Shown: piece by piece, positions 13,828-26,864 of the stretch | Numbering within the stretch: the first letter of the stretch is position 1 | Layout: every line of letters begins with the position of its first letter | NCBI RefSeq assembly: GCF_018350175.1 | Contig: NC_058368.1 | Location: 150,414,001-150,478,000, forward strand | Direction of reading: 5' to 3' | Source of the DNA: Felis catus | Taxonomy: Eukaryota | Length of the DNA stretch: 64,000 bases | Translations under genes and position numbers: made by a program | Notes under the pieces: model-generated | Told to the model about the DNA's origin: nothing | Database searches by the model: none | Seen by the model: the letters and a program-made list of their open reading frames with translations, nothing else

Positions 13828-15145
13828 TTAGTGCATCATTATTCTAATCAGTCCTACATAACCCCTTCCGCATTTAAGCTGGCTCCCAAAATCTGATAGA
13901 AATGGTTATAGGTATTTTTCTGTTTCTCAATTACTGTATCCAGGTTTTCATTTGACTTGAAAATATAAATTCCACTTACAGGACATCTGAGGATGTCACA
14001 GGACAGTGACTTCTGAGCTGAGCAGGGAAAAATCTGCCTACCCCACGTGCTCAGTCATGATCTCCTCTAGGCCTTTTTGTGCCCTTAAATGAAGTAAATG
14101 TCTCTGGACCATTTATTGACCCCAACTTTCAGCAAAGAGTATTTTTATCTCCTTAAAACTGCACTTCTTTGTGGTAAAGAGAAAATCTGCCTCAATGTTC
14201 CCTAAGTTCCCAGAGCAATGGAAGAGAAAAAGATGCACAGGATTCCTGTGCTGAGCTCCAGGCTCAGTCACACACCAGTGATGCCACCGTGCACACTCAC
14301 CATGTAGGCACACACACAGTCTCCACCTCCTCTCATTTCATATTGGAGTGGAAAGAAGGCCACATAAGACCAGGGATTTAAACCCTCTCTGTCCCTCTGA
14401 TCACTGCTCTCATTTGCTTTCTTCACTTGTGTCTTTGGAGAGTGCTAAGTACACGGTGCATGTTTCCTCTGTAGGTGTTTGACAAGCTACAACCTTAAGG
14501 TTTCACGTGATTGTGATCCCATCAACTCTTCCAGAAATTGGCTTCATTCCCCAGTTGATCTTACTGTTAAATTTTTCTCCACTCTTTCAAACACTTCTTG
14601 TTCAAATTTAAATCCATTATTTCTCTTCTTATCTCTGCTAACTAATGAGAGTGGTTTCTTCTCCTTTGGGGAACTACCAAGGTGTGTGTAACTGCATTCA
14701 CATTTTCATGTGTGTTTTCTCTCACACTTGTAGAAGTTATCAACAATTCTGAAGAAGAAAACCTTGCTTTAATTAAAGAATATACACAATTTCATTCTTT
14801 CCCAGAACCTCCTTGCATGTTTATTTTCCATAATATTTGTCTCCTTAGAGGAATGCAGAAGTAAATGGAAAAGATGTTTCTCAGATACTGTTTAAAACAT
14901 GCAGTCTATTATCAAAACTACTATCAAAAGTCCACTAATGGGTAACTCGATTGTGGAAACTGAAGTAACCTAGCCTACATGGAGATTATCTGACTACCTT
15001 ATAACTTTCCAGAATAAAGTATTCTCCCCAATTCTAATTTCTTTAATAAATCACTATAATTTGATCCACCATTTATGTGATATGTGATAAACAGAAAAGA
15101 GTCCCTCCTCTGAACTGTCAGTGATTTTAACAGACAAAATCAAGG

Positions 15146-15256
15146 TTTTTTAATTTTTGTTTTTCTAAGTAATCTCTACACCCAACACAAGGCTCGAAAC
15201 CACAACCCCAAGATCAAGAGTCACATGCTCTACCAAGTAAGCCAGCCAGGTGCCCC
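15146..15256 (-). mobile_element. Short tRNA-like Can-SINE
   Basis: aatctctacacccaac...gagatcaagagtcacatgctctacc...gccagccaggtgcccc-type sequence. Confidence 0.85.
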
Positions 15257-17487
15257 TTAAAAGACAGAAATAATAAGAAATAGTAAGAAATAATCACACT
15301 GCTTATGAAAAAATACACCTAAACAACTAACAAGTATTTATCAAGAATTTACTTGGTATATAATATGACAAGACATAATAGGGATATAACAAAAATATGT
15401 TTTCCTTTCCCATTCCCTTAATCCCAGAACAATCTCCCATGAGAGAAATATGCCTGTCATCCTCTTCCTGATCCTCAATTTTCTTACCCTATTCCCCCCA
15501 AATCAATCATTATATCATGTGATTACATCCTAACCCCTATGAGGCTCCTTCTAGCAAAAGATAAACACCATGCTTCTTTCCCCACACACTAAATCTACTG
15601 CTTTCTTGCCATCACTGGGCAAATTTGAAGTAACTAAGCACTTACCATTGCCCCAACCCCACTTGCTCCTGACCTAGACCAGGCCTCCATCTCCTTCTCA
15701 ATACACTCACCTCCATAACCAGCCAACTTCATGAGCTACTTCAGTGACCTTCACTACTCCACCCTGAACTCTACTGATAAGTAGACCTCCTCACTGGTAA
15801 TTCTACAACAGCATTCTTCAGAAAGAGAACAAGCACCCTTGAGAGCATATTAACAGTTTTCCAAAGATTACACAACCAAGTATGGTTTCAAAGGAGTCAT
15901 TTTCCAGATCCTCACCTTCCATTTATGTTCTTTCACAAAACTGATCTAAGAATGGTTTTAGAAGGAGGGAATTATACAGTTCTCCTTTCTCATTCCATGC
16001 TTTTCAGTTTCTCATTTGTCCTTTTCCCACATAAATAGATACATACTTATATACATAGGTAGACAGGTAAATGAAATATCTCTCATTCCAAATTTTACTA
16101 TATTGTACTACTTTAAGACATATAAAACTTTCCAAGGCCCCAAAGAAAAAAAAAATTAAAATATGGGTACTAAAGCCACGTTTAATCAAGACTTCAAAAA
16201 TCTTTGCTAGGCTTCATATTTTTCTCTGTCTTTATACACATTTTTCCTAAGAGCCAAGTATGGCATAAAAACAGGTGGTTTTGGCATTGGTAGAAATGCA
16301 ATGGATCTAGATGTTTTATACAGTACCATAAAGGGAATGATAATGACTTTAAGAACTTCATCTCCAGAGGAGCCAAGATGGCCGAACAGCATGGAAGGTT
16401 TTTTGTGTGTCTCGCAGCCATGAAATGCAGCCAGATCAATACTAAACCATCCTGCACACCTAGAAAACTGATTTCAGGATTAACACAACAATATGCACAA
16501 CCTGAACCACATAACTCCACCGGTATGCAGCATGGAGAGGCTAACTGGGGAAGAAAGGAGCCGCAGAGGGCAGGGAGCTGTTTTTGCTTGCGGAGAGAGG
16601 ATGGAAACGGCGGGGAGAGTACCGGAAAAGCACCCCCCCCCCCCCCGCCAAAAGCAGCTGGAGAGAAAGTGGAAAAGTGGAAACAGCCACAGGGACTGAA
16701 CAAAAGAGAAAGGAGAAAGGAAAAAGGAAAGGGTTTAAATTCTATTAAGACTCTATAAACAAAGGGAGTACAGAGTCTGAAACTCTATACCTTGATAATT
16801 GGTGGGGCTCTCGTGAGAAGGGTGAATCCCCAGGAGCAGAGTGAAGTCCGGGGGTCCTTGGGCCACAGGGAGAGGCAGTTCCCCTGCTGGGAGGACATTT
16901 GGTAGAGGCTGTGTGTCCCCCCCCCACAGGCAAAGGCCCCAGTGGACCCTGAAGAACAACTACATTCACTGGTGCTGGAACAAGGTCATAGAGGGTGAAC
17001 CCTGGTACCAGATGTGTGAGGTGATTTGCCATAATCCCTGAAATGCTGTTGCTACATGATTGCGTGAACTTTTTCTGGGGTGGGCTGACACCCAGCAGCA
17101 GTCTCTGGGCTTCAGCAGCAGCACAGTCTCACTAACATTCGTGGGTATGGCTGGCACCTGGCCATTGCTCAGTGAGACCCTCCTGCAAAGGGGCAGAATG
17201 GGTCAAAGCTGCAGTCCCTCAGAAGCAAGGGGTCAGATAAACAACCAAATATGAAATAAAAGTCAGGAGGGAGGTGCCGCCTGGCAATCTGACAGCTTGG
17301 TCATGGACAGTGTAAAAGCACAGAGCAGAGAGAAACCAGAGACAGAGGATGGGTGTGCAATTGCTGATTGGGGAAAACAGAGTTCCGGATACTAGAGACT
17401 GGGTAGCTGGGTGATGCCATTTTCACCCCTCCTGTGTATGCGCACACATACCTAAAAGTGCCACAACAATCCACCCCAGTAAGCTAG

Positions 17488-17505
17488 GCAGCGCCATCTA
17501 GTGGA
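17488..17505 (-). promoter_or_regulatory. CTCF-like motif inside L1 5' UTR
   Basis: Minus strand TCCACTAGATGGCGCTGC closely matches the CTCF core consensus CCASYAGRKGGCRS; binding not shown. Confidence 0.5.
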
Positions 17506-18063
17506 GAATGGAGCTGTTACACTAAACCCTGCCCAACTGGGCCAACCTTGCTCTTCAGGAACACCACAATTCTCTCTGCCTGCTTAGTTTACAGACTATA
17601 AAGTGATTCATAGTTTGACTTTTAGGGGAAATGATGTATTTTCAATCGTATTGCAGCCTGTTTGCTGGTCCATCTATTCAATTTTCTTTTTTTTTCCTTT
17701 TCATTTATTTTTCTGAAATATAGAAAGAAAAATTTATTCTTATTTTCAATTTTTATTAAAAATATTTTTCTTTAATTTTTTCTTATATATTGTTTGTTTT
17801 ATAAACTTTTCAAATTCTATTTTACTTCCATCATTTGATTTGATTTGATTGTAATCAATTTTTCAAATTTTCAAACATTTTTCCTTTTTGTTGCTGTTGT
17901 TTCCCTTTTTTTCCTCTAATCTGTCAAGCCCCTTTCAACACCCAGACCAAAACACACCTGGGATCTAGTTTCATTTATTTGATTCTGTGTGTGTGTGTGT
18001 GTGTGTGTTCAATTTTTTAATTTTATTTTTTTTAACCTCATTAATTCTTTTTCTTCCTTCAAA

Positions 18064-18540
18064 ATGATGAAATGAAGGAATTCACCCCAAAAGAAAGAGC
18101 AGGAAGGAACGACAGCCAGGGACTTAATTAACACAGATACGAGCTTGATGTCTGAACCAGAATTTAGAATCACAATAATAAGAATACTAGCTGGGGTCGA
18201 AAATAGATTAGAATCCCTTTCTGCAGAGATAAAAAAAGTAAAAGCTAGTCAGGATGAAATAAAAATGCTATAACTGAGCTGCAATCTCAAATAGATGCCA
18301 TAGTGGCAAGGATGTATGAGGCAGAGCAGCGAATCAGCAATATAGAGGACAAACTTATGGAGAATAATGGAGCACAAAAAAAGAGGGAGACTAAGGCAAA
18401 AGAGCACGACTTAACAGCCAGCAAGGCTTTCATTCTAAATAGAAGTAGAGATTACAAGTTCCCCAGACAAACAAAAATTAAAGGAGTCTATGACCACAAA
18501 ACCAGCCCTGCAAGTAATTTTAAGGGGGACTCTGAGGGGA
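18064..18540 (+). pseudogene. L1 ORF1 remnant with internal deletion
   Basis: Coiled-coil portion (EAEQRISNIEDKLMENN) is joined directly to C-terminal sequence (ccagcaaggctttcattc...aaaccagccctgcaag); contains stops. Confidence 0.85.
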
Positions 18541-18659
18541 GAAAAGACAGGAAGGAAGGAAGGAAGGAAGGAAGGAAGGAAGGAAGGACGACCAAAACCA
18601 ACAAAGACTAGAAAGAACCAGAGAACACCACCAGACACCCCAAATCTACAAGAAACATA

Positions 18660-21600
18660 ATGGCAATAAATTCATAACTTTCAGTACTCACTCTAAATGT
18701 CAATGGACTAAATGCTCCAATCAAAAGACATAGGGTAACAGAATGGAAAAGAAAACAAGATCCATCTATATGCTGTTTACAAGACACCCACTTTAGACCT
18801 AAAGACACCTTCAGATTGAAAGTTAGGGGATGGAGAAGCATCTATCATGCTAATGGTGGACAAAAGAAAGCTGGAGTAGACATTCTTATATCAGACAATC
18901 TAGACTTTAAAACAAAAACCGTAACAAGAGATGAAGAAGGGCATTATATCGTAATTAAGGGGTCTATTCACCAAGAAGACCTAACATTTATGAACATTTA
19001 TGCTCCAAATGTGGAAGTACCCAAATATAAATCAATTAATCACACACAGAAAGAAAATCACTGAAAAAAATGCCATAATAGTAGGGGACTTCAACACCCC
19101 ACTTAGAACAATGGACAGATCATCTAACCAGAAAATCAACAAGGAAAAAATTTCTTTGAATGACACAGTGGACCAGATGGACTTAACAGATATATTCACA
19201 ACATTTCATCCTAAAGCAGCAGAATATACATTCTTCTCTAGTGCACATGGAATATTCTCCAGAATAGACCATATACTGGGACACAAATCAGCCCTAGTAC
19301 AAAAAGATCGAGATCATACCGTGCATATTTTCAGACCACAACACTATGAAACTCAAAATCAACCACAAGAATAAATGTGGAAAGATAACAAATACTTGGA
19401 GACTAAAGACTACCCTACTAAAGATGGATGGACTAACCAAGAAGTTAAAGAGGAAATTAAAAAGTACATGGAAGCCAATGAAAATGATAACACCACAGCC
19501 CAAAACTTCTGGGACTCAGCAAAGGACGTTTCAAGAGGCAAGTATATAGCAATGCAGGCCTTCCTAAAGAAGGAAGAAAGATCTCACATACACAATCTAA
19601 CCCTACACCTTAAAGAGCTAGAAAAAGAACAGCAAATAAAACCCCAAAACAGCAGAAGACAGGAAATAATAAAGATTAGAGAAGAAATCAATGATATTGA
19701 AACCAAAAAAAAAAAAAAAAAAAACAGTAGAACAGGTCAATAAAAACCAGAAGCTTGTTTTTGAAAGAATTAACAAAATTGATAAACCACTAGCCAGTTT
19801 GATCAAAAAGAAAAAGGCCCAAATAAATAAAATCAAGAATGAAAGAGGAGAGATCACAACCAACACAGCAGAAATAAAAACAAGAATAAGAATATTATGA
19901 GCAATTATATGCCAAAAAAATGGACAATCTGAAGAAATGGACAAATTCCTAGAAACGTATACACTACCAAAACTGAAAAAGGAAGAAATAGAGAATTTGA
20001 ACAGACCCATAACCACTAAAGAAATCGAGTTAGTAATCAAAAATCTCCCAAAAAACAAGAGTCCAGGGCCAGATGGCTTTCCAGGGGAATTCTACCAAAC
20101 ATTTAAGGAAGAGTTAATACCTATTCTCTTGACACTGTTCCAAAAAGTAGAAACAGAAGGAAAACTTCCAAACTCTTTGTATGAAGCCAGCATTACCTTC
20201 ATTCCAAAACCAGACAGAGACCCCATTAAAAAGGAGAACTATAAACCAATTTCCCTGATGAACATGGATGCAAAATCTTCAACAAGATATTAGCCAACCG
20301 GCTCCAACAATACATTAAAAAAATTATTCACCACGACCAAGTGGGATTTATACCTGGGATGCAGGGCTGGTTCAATATCCACAAAACAATTAACGTGATT
20401 CATCATATCAATAAAAGAAATGACAAGAACAATATGATCCTCTCAATAGATTCAGAGAAAGTACTTAACAACATACAGCATCCTTTCTTGGTAAAAACCC
20501 TCAAGAAACTAGGGATAGAAGGATCAAACATTTAGATCATAAAAGCCATATATGAATGACCCAACACTAATATCATCCTTAATGGGGAAAAACTGAGAGC
20601 TTTCCCCCTAAGGTCAGGAACACAACAGGGATGCCCACTCTCACCACTGTTATTCAACATAGTATTGGAAGTCTTAGCCTGTGCAACCAGACAACACAAA
20701 GAAATAAAATGCATCCAAATCGGCCAGGAGGAAGTCAAACTTTCACTCCTTACAGATGACATGATACTCTATATGGAAAACCCAAAATATTCTACCAAAA
20801 GATTTCTAGAACTGATCCATCAATTCAGCAAAGTGGCAGTATATGTAATCAATGCACAGAAATTCGTTGCATTCCTATACACCAACAATGAAGTGACAGA
20901 AAGAGAAATCAAGGAAACGATCCCATTTACAGTTGCACAAAAAACCATAAAATACCTAGGAATAAATCTAACCAAAGAGGTGAAAAATCTATACACTGAA
21001 AACGATAGAAAGCTTATGAAAGAAATTAAAGAAGACACAAAAAAATGGAAAAAGATTCCATCCTCTTGGATAGGAAGAAAAAGTATTGTCAAAATGTCAA
21101 TACTACCCAAAGCAATCTACATATTCAATGCAATCCCTATCAAAGTAACACCAGCATTCTTCACAGAGTTAGAACAAATAAACCTAAAATTTGTGTGGAA
21201 CCAGGAAAGACTCTGAATAGCCAAAGAAATCTTAAAAAAGAAAACCAAAGCTAGAGGCATCACAAGCTGGACTTCAAGCTGTGTTACAAAGCTGTAATCA
21301 TCAGGACAGTATGGTACTGGCACAAAAACAGACACTTAGATCAATGGAACAGAATAGAGAACCCAGAAATGGACCTACAAACGTATACCAACTAATTTTT
21401 GACAAAGCAGGAAAGAATATCCAATGGAATAAAGACAGTCTCTTTAGCAAGTAGTGCTGGGAAAACTGGACAGCAATTTGCAGAAAAATGGACCTGGACC
21501 CCTTTCTTACACCATACACAAAAATAAACTCAAAATGGATGAAAGACCTAAATGTAAGACAAGAAGCCATCCACATCCTCAAGGAGAAAGCAGGCAAAAA

Positions 21601-22445
21601 CTTCTTTGACCTTGGCCGCAGCAACTTCTTACTCAACACATTTCTGGAGGAAAGGGACACAAAAACAAAAATGAACTGTTGGGACCTCATCAAAATAAAA
21701 ACTTCTGCACAGTGAAGGAAACAATCAGGAAAACTAAAAGGCAACCAATGGAATGGGAGAAGATATTTGCAAATGACACATTAGATAAAGGGTTAGTATC
21801 CAAAATCCATAAAGAATTTATAAAACTCAACACCCAAAAAAAATAATCCAGTGAAGAAATGGGCAAAAGACATGAATAGACACTTGTCCAAAGAAGACAT
21901 CCAGATGGCCAAACAACACATGAAAAAAGGCTCAACATCACTCATCATCAGGGAAATACAAATCAAAACCAAAATGAGATACCACCTCACACCTGTCAGA
22001 ATCGCTAACATTAACAACTCAGGCAACAACAGATGCTGGCAAGGATGTAGAAAGAGAGGATCTCTTTTGCATTGCTGGTAGGGATGCAAACTGGTGCAAT
22101 CACTCTGGAAAACAGTAGAGAGGTTCCTCAAAAAATTAAAAATAGAACTACCCTATGACCCAGCAATTGCACTACTAGGTATTTTTCCAAGGGATACGTT
22201 TTGAAGGGACACATGCACCCCAATGTTTACAGCAGCACTATCAACAATAGCGAAAGTATGGCAAGAGCCCAAATGTCCATCAATGGTTGAATGGATAAAG
22301 AATGTGTGGTATACATTACAATGGAGTATTACTCAACAATCAAAAAGAATGAAATCTTGCCATTTGCAACTACGTGAATGGAACTAGAGGGTGTTATGCG
22401 AAATTAGTCAGAGAAAAATAAATATCATATGACTTCATTCATATG
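18660..22445 (+). pseudogene. L1 ORF2 (endonuclease/reverse transcriptase) pseudogene
   Basis: ATG GCA ATA AAT TCA TAA gives an early stop. Successive track ORFs 18816-22081 are frameshifted ORF2 pieces. RT motif FADD reads LTDD. Confidence 0.95.
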
Positions 22446-23195
22446 AGGACTTTAAGACACAGAACAGATGAACACAAGGGAAGGGAAGCAAAAATAATAT
22501 AAAAACAGGGAGGGGGACAAACATAAGAGACTCTTAAATATGGAGAACAAACAGAGGGTTGTTGAAGGGGTTGGGGGGGTTGGGCTAAATGGGTAAGGGG
22601 CATTAAGGAATCTACTCCTGAAATCACTGTTGCACTATATGCTAACTAACTTGGATGTAAATTTAAAAAAATAAAAATAGAGAAAAAGAACTTCATCTCT
22701 TGCATCACCCAACTATTTATCACCCACCCCCCAAAAAAGTATCACCGTAAAGAAGAGCCTAAGAAAATAAAGCTAGACTGTATAGGTAAGAAATATTGAA
22801 AGCAGTGGAACCTTTTCCATTTAGGCAAGAGACTCCCAGTAAGGCTTTGTGCCTTGCCTGACCTAAAATCGGCATTGAGAAGTAAGATGTCAGGCAGTGT
22901 ATATTAGCACATTTATTTGAAATGATAAACTCAGTCCGATTTATCTGAGAGAAAGTAAGTCTAATTTACCTGATTGGTTCAATAATGAAAACTGGCCTGC
23001 CTATTTGGTTATTTGACAGCTATCTTCCTTAATTTGAATGACTTAAATGTGTAGTTTCAAAGTTTTGATGAAAAAATATTTAAAGCATGTGATACAATAA
23101 ATGCAATTTCTTGTATTGGCAAAGAAATACTGAAAGTAACAATGTTTTAATGTTCCCAGAAGTTTCTGAATATATCAGATATTTTTGTATTTAAA

Positions 23196-23408
23196 TTTTT
23201 TTTTTCAACATTTATTTATTTTCGGGACAGAGAGAGACACAGCATGAACGGGGGAGGGGCAGAGAGAGAGGGAGACACAGATACGGAAACGGGCTCCAGG
23301 CTCTGAGCCATCAGTCCAGAGCCTGATGCGGGGCTCGAACTCCCGGACCGCGAGATCGTGACCTGGCTGAAGTCGGACGCTTAACCGACTGCGCCACCCA
23401 GGCGCCCC
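23196..23408 (-). mobile_element. Young felid Can-SINE, CpG-rich
   Basis: cggaccgcgagatcgtgacctggctgaagtcggacgcttaaccgactgcgccacccaggcgcccc; TSD tgtatttaaa at 23186-23195 and 23409-23418. Confidence 0.95.
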
Positions 23409-23418
23409 TGTATTTAAA

Positions 23419-23639
23419 AAGAAAATGTTTTAACATTTATTCATTTTTGAGAGCTAGAGACAGAGTGCAAATGGGAGAGGGGCAGAGAGGGAGGGAGACA
23501 CAGAATCCAAAGCACGCTCCAGGCTCTGAGCTGGCAGCACGGGGCCCAATGCGGCAGGGCAGGGCTCAAACCCATGAACTGTGAGATCATAACCTGAGCG
23601 GAAGTCAGATGCCTAAGGACTGAGCCACCCAGGAGCCCC
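23419..23639 (-). mobile_element. Older Can-SINE
   Basis: Full body ending gagccacccaggagcccc; outer TSD tatcagatatttt / tatcaaatgtttt. Confidence 0.93.
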
Positions 23640-24364
23640 TATCAAATGTTTTTTTAAAGTGCCTCTAAATGAAAGAGAAACAAGTATAGTTAACAGTTGC
23701 TTCATGAGTCTCAGTGAAATGAAATGGAAATACTCACCAGAAATTCTGTAGCTAAGTAAATAAGGACAATTGTACAAATTCTTTCCCAATTCTCTGCTCT
23801 CAACAAAACTAAAGATGAACCTATCATGATTACAGATTATTAAGTGTAACTTTGGTGATATATTGCTGGGGTCTTTGGTATCTGATTCAGAATAAATTCA
23901 AATAACTGTGACAGATTATTTTAAAAATAAACAAATTCCTTTCATTCCTGTTCAGGCCTTACAATCTGCACCATGCTTAGTGGGAAGAGAATTGATATTG
24001 AACCATCTGTTATTCCAATTGTTCTCCCAAGAAAAGACTATCCATCTAATTTTAAGATGCACTTCTAATAAAATTTATTTCTAATGTTTAATAATTTTAT
24101 GTAAAAATTCATAATATATTTGTATATTGCCAATTGTATACTAATAAAATCTTGAGGATAACTCAACCCTAAAGAAAACATTTTTTAAGACTTAGAGCAT
24201 TATATTTACAAAATAAGTAAAACTCCTATGAGGAAAATGGAATAGAAATAAAGGCTCAAGTAATAAAAGAAATGATATAAAAATAAAATTAAAGAGGAGC
24301 TTATTTGTGAATTTTTTATTTACTTGCTTTTAATGTAAATACAGTGTCTATTCAGCCTATCTTC

Positions 24365-24635
24365 GGAAAAGCATAAAAATCTTAAGTGTAGCTCAATAAA
24401 TTTTCACCAAATAAACATGTAAAACGGCACCCAGATCAAGAAAAACAACATTACTAGTACCCCAGAAACACATGGTTCTCCCCCAATTCCTACATCCCCA
24501 AAGTTAACCACTATCCTTGCTTCCAACATTCTAGCAAAGATGTGCTTATTTTTGCACTTTAGAAATGGAATCATACACTATACGCTTCTCTTCTGCTGTC
24601 TTTTACTCATCATGTTTGTGAAGTTCATCTACATT
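24365..24635 (-). mobile_element. Ancient L1M 3' end fragment
   Basis: aatcttaagtgtagctcaataaatttt...cacccagatcaagaa...taaccactatcct...aaatggaatcatacacta. Confidence 0.7.
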
Positions 24636-24844
24636 TATACAATGCATAAATGCATTATAATGGCTATCAACTATTTATTTTGAACTTTCAATTTTACAAT
24701 ATATGAGAAACTGCATATTTGAATCTATTTAAACAAGTGAAGAAACATTTGGATGTCAATTCAAAATTATGCAAGGTTAGTTATTTCATGTCCATGGTCC
24801 TCAATTTAATCGTATGGAAAATGGGGTTAAAGTACTGATTCCTC

Positions 24845-25056
24845 AGAGCGCCTGGATGGCTCAGGCTGTTAAGCAAATGATTCTTGATTTCAGTTCAGGT
24901 CATGATCTCATGGGTAGTGGGTTCGAGTCCCACATCGGGGTCTGTGCTGACAGCGTGGAGCCTGCTTGGGATTCTCTTTCTCCCTCTTTCTCTGCCCCTC
25001 CTCTGCTCATGCTCTCTCTCTCTCAAAATAAATAAACTTTAAACAAACAAACAAAA
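24845..25056 (+). mobile_element. Can-SINE
   Basis: Head, body, CT tract and A-tail; TSD ta(c/t)tgattcctc. Confidence 0.93.
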
Positions 25057-25972
25057 ATATTGATTCCTCCTAGAGTTGATGTTAGATTATGCATGGACAA
25101 CACTGTTTCTGACACACATAAAAACTATAGCTGTTGTGACTGTAGTTGTTATTGTTCCCTTCCAACTGGTCATCCCAACTTTAATAATACCCTCTCCAAA
25201 TCCCTTCTCCTTACTGTCCGTAAGTGATAGAACTAAAACACGTAAATGAACATGTAACTCCCATGCTTATGATTTTTTTTGTGCTAGCTTTTTACCACTT
25301 AAAGCATATGGTCCAAGCACTTGTGCATGGCTGGACCACACTCCTGCTTAATTCCTCTGTAATTTAGGGTTACCAACACCTCTTTTACTGGAAAACTAGA
25401 AAAAAATAACTGGAAATAAATAAAAGAAGAAAGGAAATAAATAACAGCTTAGTTTATGTACGTAAAGCATTTGGTATGAAACAGGTGCATCACAAATGAT
25501 AATTATTTAGGAAGGGAGGGAATGAAGGAGGCAGAACGGACATAGGAAAGATTATTGCATAACCTGATTTTGTCAGTGACAGATGGGTGCCTATGAGGTG
25601 ATGAGTCCATAGGTCATTTGCTCCTTATATCTACTTCCTAGGCAAGGTGGGTAGAAGTAGTATAAGTAAAATAAGTAGTACATGTGATGTTGCCCATCTT
25701 GTAAATGAGAAAACTATAATCCTAAGAGGGTAAGTGATTCACCGAGGATTACAGGAAATCAGTGACAGAGCCAAGATTCTTGTGTGAATCTGTCTGATTC
25801 CAGAGCTATGATATTTTTTGTTGCTCTATTCCATTGCATCTCTGAAATAGTCTAATTTTAATGTGGTATCTCAAATAAGCTCCACTCCAAGGGAGAGATA
25901 ATTTTCAGTTTTAGCCTTTCTGACCCTCAGGGCCTAGTTTATAAAATTGAGCTAATGATAATAACTGCCTTC

Positions 25973-26184
25973 TTTTTTTTAATGTTTTATTTATTTTTGA
26001 GACAGAGAGAGACAGAGCATGTGCAAGGGAGGGGCAGAGAGAGAGGGAGACACAGAATCCTAAGCAGGCTCCAGGCTCTGAGCTGTCAGCACAGATCCCG
26101 ACGCGGGGCTCAAACTCACAAACTGTGAGATCATGACCTGAGCCGAAGTTGGATGCTTAACCGACTGAGCCACCCACACACCCC
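25973..26184 (-). mobile_element. Can-SINE inserted in a MIR-like remnant
   Basis: Full body; TSD aataa(c/t)tgccttct. Confidence 0.94.
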
Positions 26185-26385
26185 AATAATTGCCTTCTGA
26201 ATGACTTAATACATGTAAAGTGCCTAGAATAGCACTCAATAAGTATTACCTTTGTTGTTGTTTTCATTTTAAACTATCAGTTCATTGAACTTTTGACTTA
26301 AATAATCAGTGTATACTGCTTTGGCCAATATGAGTGAGCCATCTAAGTGGAGCATTATCCCTTCCATCTAAAGTAAGCATCAACA

Positions 26386-26602
26386 GGGGCGCCTGGGTGG
26401 CTCAGTTGGTTAAGCGTCCGACTTCAGCTCAGGTCATGATCTCGTGGTCCGTGCGTTCGAGCCCCGCATCGGGCTCTGGGCTGATGGCTCAGAGCCTGGA
26501 GCCTGCTTCCGGTTCTGTGTCTCCCTTTCTCTCTGCCCCTCCCCCGTTCATGCTCTGTTTCTCTCTGTCTCAAAAATAAATAAATGTTAAAAAAAAAATT
26601 TT
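26386..26602 (+). mobile_element. Young felid Can-SINE
   Basis: Perfect 16-bp TSD aaagtaagcatcaaca at 26370-26385 and 26603-26618. Confidence 0.96.
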
Positions 26603-26786
26603 AAAGTAAGCATCAACATTCAGATATACCCTTGACCCTTTTCCTAATCATTACCAAAGGCCTTTAATATCCCTGTAAACTCAAGCCCCAATAATAAGTG
26701 CTAAATAAATACAAGTTAAAAAATTAGCTATCAAGATCCCTGCTCTTAAAAAGCATGCAACAAACCTATGGAATTAGGGCATATCT

Positions 26787-26788
26787 GA

Positions 26789-26864
<76 letters not shown>

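Larger units (their letters stand above)
16365..22685 (+). mobile_element. Near full-length carnivore LINE-1 (inactive; ORF1 internally deleted, ORF2 disrupted)
   Basis: Starts gaggagccaagatggcc. GC-rich 5' UTR about 1.7 kb. ORF1 start at 18064, ORF2 start at 18660. EN motifs (NIYAP, GDFNTP, SRIDHILG), RT fragments ([16 protein letters not shown]). 3' UTR and A-tail. Perfect 14-bp TSD aagaacttcatctc at 16351-16364 and 22686-22699. Confidence 0.97.
22880..24280 (+). mobile_element. hAT/Charlie-type DNA transposon transposase fossil (interrupted by two SINEs)
   Basis: About 23010-23105 translates in pieces as YLTAIFLNLNDLNV...IFKACDTINA, resembling the Charlie/Buster LAYLADIF-LNELN-LQG motif; boundaries approximate. 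Confidence 0.6.

Noticed and set aside
16194..17254. Cluster of overlapping ORFs on both strands (up to 169 aa), possibly ORF0-like
   Set aside because: They lie in the GC-rich L1 5' UTR where stops are scarce. The longest runs out past the element boundary, and no homology is recognised.
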